Below, in pieces: positions 11,740 to 22,077 of a stretch of 64,000 nt of DNA (position 1 is the stretch's first letter; each line of letters opens with the position of its first letter). The notes under the pieces were generated by a model. The model was not told the DNA's origin. It saw nothing but the letters and a program-made list of their open reading frames with translations, and did not search any database. The translations under genes were made by a program, and so were the position numbers. Origin of the DNA: Antedon mediterranea (Eukaryota; Animalia; Echinodermata); NCBI RefSeq assembly GCF_964355755.1, contig NC_092674.1, positions 27,466,001 through 27,530,000 on the forward strand, given 5' to 3'.

Positions 11740-12265
11740 GGGCGCCATCAACGGCAGTGATACGACGAAAACGTGCTAATCGATTCAATGTTATAACATT
11801 TTGTTAGCAAAATGCGTCACAAACGGCAGTGATACGACGAAAACGTGCTAATCGATTCAATGCTATAACATTTGTTAGCAAAGTGCGTCACCAACGGCAG
11901 TGATTCGACGAAAACGTGCTAATCGATTCAATGCTATAACATTTGTTAGCAAAGTGCGCCACCAACAGCTGTGACACGATGTGGTAATCGATTTTATGCT
12001 ACAAAAGTTGATAGCAAAGTGCGCCATCAACGGCAATATTACGATTTGCTTATCAATCAATTCGATGATACAAAAGTTGATAGCAAAGTGCGCCACCAAC
12101 GGCAATGACACAATGTATTAATAGATTCGGTGGTACAAAACTTGATAGCAAGGTGCGCCGCTAATGGTAATGACACGATTCGCTAATCGATTCCATGCTA
12201 CAAAGTTGATTTTTGCCAACGGCAATGACAGGATGTGCTACAAAAAAGCGACACCAACGGAAGAT
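11740..12265. repeat. Degenerate tandem repeat, ~65-72-bp unit, ~8 copies
   Basis: Recurrent AAGTGCGCCA(C/T)CAACGGCA(G/A)TGA..GTGCTAATCGATTC..GCTA(T/C)AA..TAGCAA. Confidence 0.85.
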
Positions 12266-12529
12266 GTCAATTTGTTTTTGAAATGACAGTCTATAGCAAA
12301 GCAACAAACTTATTGCTACAAAAGCTATGCTAGTGATGCAAAGTGACGCGTTGTACTACAATACTTAATTACACACTACAACAATATTATAAAAGCCAAA
12401 CAAACAAAGACAGTCACAATGACAACAACTCGAAAACACAACAAAAGCATGCTTATAAGTCAGAAAATATAAAAAGCAAAAATCAAACCTAAACTGTTGG
12501 GTCAGATCAACATTCTAAAGTTTGTGTTT

Positions 12530-15500
12530 TTAGTTAGGCTTCAGCTGGTATTCAAGTTTTTTCATTCTGTTTAAAAATCACAAGTAAATTTAAAGACTTT
12601 CACGATTGTATTAGCATATTTTAGTGACATTCAAATTTCAGCTAATAAGGCGTCTTAAATGAATGTCTAAAGCTCTGTCTACATCAGCAAACTTTATGTG
12701 ACAAAAAAGTGTGATGTGCCCAAATTTGTGGTAGTGATGACATCATCATATCCATACATGTGGGCTCATTGCATGTTTTTGTAAATGAGTTTGATAGTGT
12801 AGACAGAGTTTTAAACTAAGAAAATTTAACATTGGTCTTTATTAACTGGAAAAAGGTCTTCTTAAATGAAGACATTCTTATATAGCTAGATTCAACAAAG
12901 AAGCCATCCAGTAGACAATTCAAGATCAAAAAATTAAAATATTAATATGGTTTCTCTATAATTAGTAAAAGATGTACTTACGTGTTACTAACTCTATTTA
13001 CTTGGGTTTGCCTTGCCTCTTGGTTGATGGGACTTGAGGTGTACACATGGTGTAGATTTCTAGAACTTGGTGCTGGAATATCAAGACTCATTAAAGACAA
13101 ATTAGCAGGTTCTTCTTCATTTTCGATCAACTCAGTTGTACTAGATACTGAAAAAAAAAACCAGTATTTATATAGATTAAAGATGTATTGTCCCCTAAAT
13201 AATTATTATTATATATATATTATTATAAACATTTTCTGTTGAATATGCCATTTTAATGTCACATAATAGTTATCCACTTTGAACAAAAATTAGATCTAAA
13301 AAAAATTTATTTACCTGAAAAAACTGTAATTTAAAGCAAAAAATTGTCAAATTGGCTGCCACGCAATGGGTTTTTGGTTGAATTTAAACATTTTTTTTCC
13401 AGTTTTTAACTTTATTAAAACTGCAAAATAACCTATTCAAAGTCTGATTTAGTTAATCGTCATTTTAATTGTCAATAGGCCATTTTGTAGTTTAAATAGA
13501 AATTATTTACCAGAAAAAAGATGATAATTTCACTTCACAAAACAAAATAAACAGTTGAATTTAACCAAAAACATGTTGTCTGGCATCTGGTTTTCTTCAG
13601 ATAATTTTTTTTTTCAATCCAAACTTTGGTTAAAGTGCACAACATATAGATATATATATGCAGTATATATACATAATAAATTACCAGAAACAATAAAATA
13701 CAAATATGTTTTCTTTATTACAGCCTTACCATTTAAGTCCTGTACTGTTGACAACTTACGATCACCGAAGCCACCCTGGAAAGACATTTATTTATCAATT
13801 TATTACATTCATAAATACATGGTCAACAATGCACATCTAAGTATTTTTCTATTCTAAATATTTAGTATGGAGGCTATTGGCATGGTAGATAGTGACATAA
13901 ATTGATTCCTATCGGCACGGTCAACTGTGAGCCTTTATTATATTGATCTATCAACACAGAGATCTAGGTGCATGGTTGGTTGTGCCGATAGAGAACTTTA
14001 CATAAAGCTCTGTCTACACTATCCAACATGCAAAAAAAATGTTATGTGCTCATATATGAATACGATGAAGTCATATCACCAACACACACTTGGGCATCAC
14101 TACCATATTTGGGCACATCACTTTTCAATCTAGTTTGATAGTGTAGACAGAGCTTTAGATGGACAATAAATTACATGCATGGCTGACTGTGCCATTGACT
14201 ATGCCACTTCAATTTGTAAATAACCAGTTATAACCATTTCAAACCTTACCAAGGTATTTAATATAACAATTTGGTTTTCCATTAAAACGAGTCGATTCGA
14301 ATTTGATCTCATTCCTTTCTCTAAGCTTTCAAACTTTTCAGTTAACTCGTCAGTATCCTTTTGTCTGTCCACCTTGAAAGCGCCTTCACCAGAGAATTTT
14401 TCCTCCAAGTTGCTGACTCTGTTTACAACGTTATTAAGTTTAGAAAACAGTACATCTGTTAGCTTCAAGCATTCACTTATTCTGTTTGTGATATTTTTTG
14501 TCTGAAATGGTAAAAAAGAAAACATGTTTAAACATTACCTGTAATTTCAGTAATTTAACTTTGGAAACTCTAGTTAAAAATGTTTAAGATTAATTTAAAA
14601 AAGAAGTTTTAATTAGGTTTGATATAACTACTAGTAGTAGTCATAATATCTTTATTTTGTCCATTAAACAAAATTAACAAAAACTTGTTTGGCGTATCAT
14701 ACTGTATATATACTGTAAATAAAACACTAAAAATACACAGAAAAATTGCACCAACACAGATAACAAAACCCAACAAAATTCTCTGATAACAATTGGCTAA
14801 AAATCTACTACTTTACAAATATGGTTTAGTCAAATGAAAATAAGTCAAAACAGACCTCTTCTTCGTTAGAGTAGAGTACAGTATTCTCATGTGAAAAATA
14901 ATCATGATTTTGTAAGTATGGAGTATGCGGATTGGTTGATGGGAGATGACGAGTAACAAGTCCAACATTGCTTCTTATTGGCTCAATCGATATTTCATCT
15001 AAAATAAAGTTAAAAAGTTTAGTACCATGCCTTTCAACTAACAATAGATTCTGTTGACTAACAATATAACAGCAACGCCAAAAACAAACAGTTGAATTTG
15101 AAAAGCAATAGATTTTTAAAAACTACTCGTATCGAAAAACTTTTAAATTAAATCAATTTATGTTTTAAGATTACAAACCATAAATTATAACTCTTGCCTC
15201 TTGTACAAAAATGTTTTTTGAACAAGTAGTTCTCGAGAAAATGAAATTTTAGTTTACTTGTTACTTTAAGACTGCTTGCCGGATTTTGAAAAATTCTGTC
15301 CTATCTTTAACACTAGCACTGCAGGTCTGAAAAGTATACTAAAAAGTGGTCCAGAATTGGGACCGTGTTCCCATAATTTAATGGAATGGTCCTTGACCAC
15401 TTATCTATCTGTACTGTATATTCATTTTTGAGTGATCCTGCTAACAAACAAACATGATCGATTACATATACCTCCTTGGCGGAGGTAAATAAATTCTCCT

Positions 15501-18500
15501 AAATCCAACATTTAATATTCATGATTAATAATTATCCCTGACAAAAGAATAATTTTTATTTAAGAGCTTGGTATATTTTTTTAGCTGTTTAACTTTATCG
15601 TTTTTCTTTTTGCTTATTTTATTTGTAGATCCAGTCACTGATGTCATTTTTCAGTAATTTTTTGCTTTTGGATTGATGATTAATGATCAAATATTTCTTA
15701 TGAAAATATCAACAATTGAAACACACTAATCAGAAATAACTACAAAATACAAAACATTTAATTATATATTTGTTTAATGAAGTTAATTTTGGGTTTTTTT
15801 TATACAAAAAGCAAAATATAAATCAATATTATCTAATTAAATTTTAGGATATTGAGAGAGTAAACAAAAGGAGATGGAGTAACAAATAGACAGCAAATGA
15901 TTCAAGCTGAAAGCACTATTGTTCTGATCCTGTCAGAGATAGTCAGTTCATGAATTAAAGCTATTGTTAATAATTATATTCAAATGATGAATTTGGCAAC
16001 AAAAGATGAGTGATAAGGGATCATGTACCTTGTTCAGACATGGAGCAAAAAACGGTTTATTTTAGTCTACTAAATGATACTGTACTTAAATGACAATTAA
16101 AAACCTCCTCTCCACTTTCATTGGGGTGCTAAATGAATAATTTTTATTTCTTGAACATTTTTAAATAAGCCTACAGTAATAATCCTCATGTTTGTATTTT
16201 GACCATCTGCAAGACATCACAATGTACAGTAAGACCATACAGATTTATCTCTATGGTAAGAAAGCTGTTTGAAATGAATATACAGTATTTTAACTACAGT
16301 ATTTAATTTTATTTCATTTATTTTCTCTCAGATATACATACAAAAAAAAAAACAATAGATAGAGAGACAAGATTCCCATTATTATATTAATCCAAAGGCA
16401 GATTACTGAAAAAATGACAATGCTGTGGGTATCAGTGGCTGGATCTCAATGGAGATACAAAAAAAAAAAGCGAAAAGCTATTAATCAAAACGATATTTAG
16501 TAAAACCGCCATAAAAGTTAGCAATTATTATTATTATTATTATTATTACTGTTATTCTTATTACAGCATTATAGATATCAAATGAATTTAACAAATTATG
16601 ATCAAACGTTTTTCCATCACTAAAGTTACAATTATAATAATTAGTGAAGAGTGAAATTGACAAGCAACAACCCAATTTCTTCTTGAAAATGTCAATATAA
16701 GTCCGAACTTAATACAATACTTTACTAATACTAATAATCTAATATAGTGTGTATTTTGATCATCTGCTAAGTACCCTAAGACACGCATGTACAGTAAGAC
16801 CATATACTGTAGATAAAAGATACTAGAGAAGCACCTACGTCTTACAGGTTTAAGCTAGGGGCTAAGACTTATTTACCAATACGTATGAAACTGGCAATAT
16901 GTGCACATGGGTGTCCTGTTGTCGCTGCTGTAAATGTCGACCAACTTAGTTTAATCTTAAATAATACAAATTTATAAATTACTATTATAGTTAAATATTT
17001 ATTATAATGTTATAAACTTTTTTACTCATTGTGCCATTTGGGATTGGACAGTCCTAGAGGTGTTTACCACCTGTTGGTCCCATCCTTCACTGAATCTACT
17101 CTGTTCTTTTTATATGTTTTGTCTTTTTCTTTGTATGTACATTTTTGTGAGAATTTGAATAAAAGTAAGACTACAGTACAGTAAGCTGTTTTAAACAACA
17201 ACCGAACACAATATCTGCAGCACAACATACAGTCCATGATGTTAGTAAGTAATTTCTATGGTAAGACTATTTTCTAAAGCTTTATTTATCAAAGTACTTC
17301 TTTGGCCGTATTCATCATGTTTTCCTTAAATTGTTAGTATTTCAAGTTTGACTAATCAAAATGCAATACATGTAAAAACAACGATTTTAAAATTGTTTGA
17401 AAAAGAAAAGAATAAAATATATAATTGAAAATAAAAACATAAAATGAAACATGTGAAGGCAGTACTCAATAAATATTTAATTATTTTCCTTTTTCACTTT
17501 TAGATAGGAGTGTTTCCTTTAGCCCAACTAAGTGTGAATGGTGAATATGACCAATGTTCATTTGGTGAGGAAAGCAGGCCTAACCCTTGTACTCATAAAG
17601 ATGACAGCTAGTAAAATATGAAATGTAGAAATAAGATGAGATTGGCATTCCAAACAGCGAAATCAGACATCACTTCAGAGTTGTGCTATTAAAACAAACA
17701 AGAGATCCACTTACCCTCCTTGTGGTCCAACGGTTGTTGTGGCGGTATAACACAAAGTTCCTTAAATCGGTCAACGTTTGGCCTATGATCAACAACATCT
17801 TCACTATGTCTATACTCTGAAGACAACATCATATTCACAGACTGTGTTCTCGGCTCAGGTGCTATGGCCATAGCCTGTGATGCCAGATTAGCGTCATCCG
17901 ACTCTGGTAAAGCCGGTGGTGAAAGAATTTCAACGGAACCATGAAATGAAGCTGCTGCCCCCATGGATGTTGCACTACTGGTCTTTTTTGTCTTTGCTTT
18001 GGAAAAATAAGATTATTTGATACATGTTTAAAAATGTTGTTGTAATAGTATTTATCTGGCAATACTTATTCTCTTTTTACTTCTTACTTCAACATGAATT
18101 AAACTGGTTAAATATTTTAAAGCATAAATTAAAGCTGTTCAACAGTTGGAAAATCTATTTATTTAATAATAACCTTCCGAATAACTTCTGCAACAAATTC
18201 TACTTTTGACTCATGATATAAATTTCATTAGCTGAATTATATGGGAGTATGTTTCCATAAAAAATGACCGGGGTAATAATGTGCAGCATATTGAGAGCTT
18301 GCTTATAATATTTGCTATAAGAATGAACTATTGCTATTAACAGTATAATCTAGTTGTTCTTGTAGTGGAAAAATATTAATAAAAGGGTAGTGAGTTTTTT
18401 TTTTTCAGAAAAATAGTTTTGCCCAGTGTAAAAATAGGCTTTACATTTTGATTTACGTATTAACACTTGTTTTTTGGCTTGAACCATCTTAATAACGTCT

Positions 18501-19156
18501 CGCATCATTATGAGTTTGTGTTCTGCATATCCTTGTCGAAGGAACATTTCTTTTGAAATTATGGGTTTGTAGTTGAAAATATCACGAAGAACCTACAAAA
18601 TAATACAATTGAATATCTTCACTTTAACCAATTACCAAAATGGAATTGTGTATTGCCTCTCGTTATTTGTAGTCAGTGTTATGCTATGAATAAGATTATA
18701 TTTTTCATGTTTAAGCTTGGTGACCACTTTGACGCAAAGCAACAGCGTCATGATTGGTCACGTTACTTGCACTGCGCTTACACCATTGCACCGTTGGTTG
18801 CAGAGTTTTAAGCTCTGTCTACACTATCAAAGTAGTTTGACAAAAAGTGTGATGTGTGCAAATATGGTAGTGATATTCCCAAATATAGCAGTGATATGAC
18901 ATCATCATGTCCTTACCTTATAAACTCCATCAATGAAGCGATCATCATGTGATGGAGACAGCTGGATTTGATGAGACGTAATCAGCTGTGCGATATGTCG
19001 TGAATATTGCAATAAGACTGAACGCAATATGTCTACAAATATTTGAGGAGTACCCTTTTTTAAATCTTTTTGCCGGTTTTCTGTGAGGTTAACGTTTACA
19101 GATCGGAGAAGTGGTTGCAAGCAGCGAAAGTTATTTAATAGATCTCCAGTACTCAT
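12530..19156 (-). CDS. CEP44: Centrosomal protein of 44 kDa
   Basis: N-terminus MSTGDLLNNFRCLQPLLRSV..DDRFIDGVYK|VLRDIFNYKPIISKEMFLRQGYAEHKL matches the CEP44 domain (human, from memory: [47 protein letters not shown]). Phase-compatible GT-AG exons: 19156-18917, 18592-18445, 17996-17715, 14998-14856, 14501-14250 (coiled coil), 13775-13730, 13147-12982, 12566-12530 (TMKKLEYQLKPN*). The last exon is least certain; an alternative acceptor lies near 12886. Confidence 0.88.
12671..12810. mobile_element. MITE family A copy
   Basis: AGCTCTGTCTACA..GATAGTGTAGACAGAGTT, TAA/TTA flanks. Confidence 0.8.
13181..13470. mobile_element. Partial copy of the 1234-1578 TTAA element in a CEP44 intron
   Basis: TTAA+AGATGTATTGTCCCC end; internal sequence is the reverse complement of ~1270-1540. 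Confidence 0.7.
14006..14154. mobile_element. MITE family A copy
   Basis: AGCTCTGTCTACACTATC..GATAGTGTAGACAGAGCT, TAA/TTA flanks. Confidence 0.85.
15340..15490 (+). mobile_element. 3' end of a Helentron/HINE-like non-autonomous element
   Basis: GATCCTGCTAACAAACAAAC followed by the terminal hairpin ACCTCCTTGGCGGAGGT and AAATAA, an end motif I recognise from such repeats. Confidence 0.45.
18811..18912. mobile_element. MITE family A, truncated copy abutting the CEP44 coding exon 1 donor
   Basis: Left TIR AGCTCTGTCTACACTATCAAA; internal sequence stops at CATCATCATGTCC next to the donor at 18916-18915. Confidence 0.75.
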
Positions 19157-19744
19157 TTTCACAAAACAAAGTCTATTAAAAAAAACAAAATAATAATTCA
19201 AAGAATCAAACTGTTGAGTATGATATTGATTAATTGAGTAGGCTAACAATAACAGTAACATAATTTATAGCCTGCTGTGTGTTTGGCTTAACTAGTGTAG
19301 TACTACACTAGGCCTAACGGATCCGGCCTAACTAGCCTAGTAGGCCTAGAGTAGATTCTCTATAGCTAGCCTCCCAGGATATTGATCAGAATACTTATTA
19401 CTAGGGTCTACTGTACTGTAGGTAGTATCTATTATTCTACTATTAGGCCTAGCCTAGGCTAAACTAGCCTAATAAGCCCTCTCAGTCAATCTAGCCTACT
19501 AGCCGGTAAACAGACGATCATGTATGTTGCATATAGGATCCTAGCTAGAGGATCATATACGATAGGATAGGGTTCCAGGACGACGATTCGGCGCGCTACC
19601 TAGACGATCGGGTCTACCATAATATAGACGAGTATTTAATTACTAATTATAATATTATACTAACTAGTGTATATCTTTTAGTCCGCTATACCTACTCTAG
19701 ATTAAAGGCAAATAATTTGTCTGAATAATAATAATAGGCCTACC

Positions 19745-20243
19745 GAACTGAGGGCTGAGGAGGGAATTTAAGAGAGAGAGAGGAGGAGAGAGCAGCACTT
19801 TCGTCACTTTCTTTTTTTTTTAAATATACCGCCAACATTCGGGGAAAGTGCGCCACAATCATTAGACTTTGTGAACCAGACTGATCACTGGCATGTTTAG
19901 GTTTAATTATTACAAAATACTGCCCGGGCCTACAGTTAAATACATTCTTGTATTTAATATTATCAAATATAAATACTCTATTTAATCAATTAATTATATA
20001 AATCATTTTACAATATACACAGGCGTTCCAATAAAATACGTCGCCTGTGCGAGTCATGATTTATTTATGGGCCCTTTAAAAATGACGTCACATTCTCCAC
20101 GCAAGCTGTCTCCACGTACCGTACGTCAAAACATTGACGAGGCAATGTTTGTTGACATTTTTTGCAAGGAAAACGTTTAATTATCATAAGTTCAGACCTA
20201 CTGTTGTAGTGATGAACCTTTTCTAAAATAACAGCAAGGGTTG
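19745..20243. promoter_or_regulatory. Bidirectional promoter region of CEP44 and FBXO8 with probable non-coding first exons
   Basis: Head-to-head genes; CpG-containing patch; perfect CRE palindrome TGACGTCA at 20083-20090; candidate UTR donors at ~19743 (minus, CG|GTAGGC) and 20244 (plus, TG|GTATGT); acceptors just upstream of both ATGs (~19173, 22053). Confidence 0.6.
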
Positions 20244-20345
20244 GTATGTAAGAATATATTGTAGATAATTGAAAATAGTATTGAAGAAACGGAGTATAGT
20301 CGAAGCGGCCATATAATAATATTTAACTAGGTTCTAGGCCAACCT

Positions 20346-21484
20346 TATGGAACGCCTCCTCTGCCTTCAGTTCACATTTATCATGCAGTACACACCAATC
20401 GTAATGCAGTACACACCAATCGTCATGCAGTACACACCAATCGTCATGCAGTACACACCAATCGTCATGCAGTACACACCAAACATCATGCAGTACACAC
20501 CAATCGTCATGCAGTACACACCAATCGTCATGCAGTACACACCAATGGTCATGCAGTACACACCAATTGTCATGCAGTACACACCAATCGTCGTTCACAT
20601 TTATCATGCAGTACACACCAATCGTCATGCAGTACACACCAATCGTCATGCAGTACACACCAATCGTCATGCAGTACACACCAATCGTCATGCAGTACAC
20701 ACCAATTGTCATGCAGTACACACCAATCGTCATGCAGTACACACCAATCGTCATGCAGTCAAATATTGCGTAATTTATACCGCCACCTATCGACAAAATC
20801 GAATATCACGTGAGTTTTATTAGACGGCTGTAAAACTAAGACTATTTAAACTTCTTTTATGGAATTCAATAATTGCAATGGCCTCCTAGCCGCGCCTGTG
20901 TCTCGCATAATAAATTATTGTATATATAAAAAACAGAGCATTCACAGAGATGTGTAGCGGTTAAAATAAGTACAGTATGTCAAACATAAAAGAAATCTTA
21001 GAGTCGATGGCCTAGTTTTACAGCCGTCTAATAAACGTCACGTGATATTCGATTTTGTCGATAGGTGGCGGTATAAATTACGCAATATTTCACTGCATGA
21101 CGATTGGTGTGTACTGCATGACGATTGGTGTGTACTGCATGACAATTGGTGTGTACTGCATGACCATTGGTGTGTACTGCATGATGTTTGGTGTGTACTG
21201 CATGACGATTGGTGTGTACTGCATGATGTTTGGTGTGTACTGCATGACGATTGGTGTGTACTGCATGACCATTGGTGTGTACTGCATGACGATTGGTGTG
21301 TACTGCATGACCATTGGTGTGTACTGCATGATAAATGTGAACGACGATTGGTGTGTACTGCATGACCATTGGTGTGTACTGCATGACCATTGGTGTGTAC
21401 TGCATGACCATTGGTGTGTACTGCATGACCATTGGTGTGTACTGCATGACCATTGTGAACTGAAGGCAGAGGAGGCGTTCCATA
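20346..21484. mobile_element. Foldback-type non-autonomous DNA transposon with ~490-bp inverted arms made of 21-bp tandem repeats (IS3EU-like ends)
   Basis: Arms 20346-20838 and 21013-21484 are reverse complements; termini TATGGAACGCCTCCTCTGCCTTCAGTTCACA; unit CATGCAGTACACACCAATCGT; 6-bp direct repeat CAACCT at 20340-20345 and 21485-21490. Confidence 0.9.
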
Positions 21485-22077
21485 CAACCTAGGCCTACTT
21501 ACAATACAAGCCTGCTTTTCTCTCACTCAGTAGAAGAGAGACTGTCTTTTCTCTCAGGAGCTAGGCTACACAGGGTAGAGAGAGGGCTATGTATTTTAGA
21601 GGGCAGACCCACCTATATAAACGTACAGGCATGACTAGGCTTTACTAATATAATTAGCCAGACCTGTCATTTGGGTGGACACAATTGGTTCTCTGTGGGC
21701 ATAATTAAACAAATACAATCTACCTACTAGTCTAGTACTGTAGTATAGTATTACTACTATATTCCTTCCTTACTACCTAGTGGTAGAGAGTAGAAGCCTG
21801 TTACTATGTCATGTCTTTTTTAATGTCACCACTATACTGTATTATACAAAATGTTAGTGTTATAGTCTATAACATTAACATTTAGTTATACTCGCATTCA
21901 CAATGTTGATCTTCTTATAATAAGACTAAGAGTCAAATGTTATTGTTTTTAATACAATTTTATGTTGTGACATGTAGCCTACAGTAGTACTAACAAAGTT
22001 CATATGTAAACATATTGAAAACATCCTTTAAAAAAACACATTTTTCATTCCAGATATGAGAGTTAAAAAACTTGGAA

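Noticed and set aside
20382-21453. CRISPR-like array
   Set aside because: Units are contiguous with no unique spacers, there are no cas genes and the context is eukaryotic.
20323-21526. Nine overlapping ORFs with 7-aa repeats (MQYTPIV, HAVHTNR, MTIGVYC)
   Set aside because: By-product of a 21-bp unit that is stop-free in several frames on both strands, inside a TSD-flanked element; no protein-family signature.
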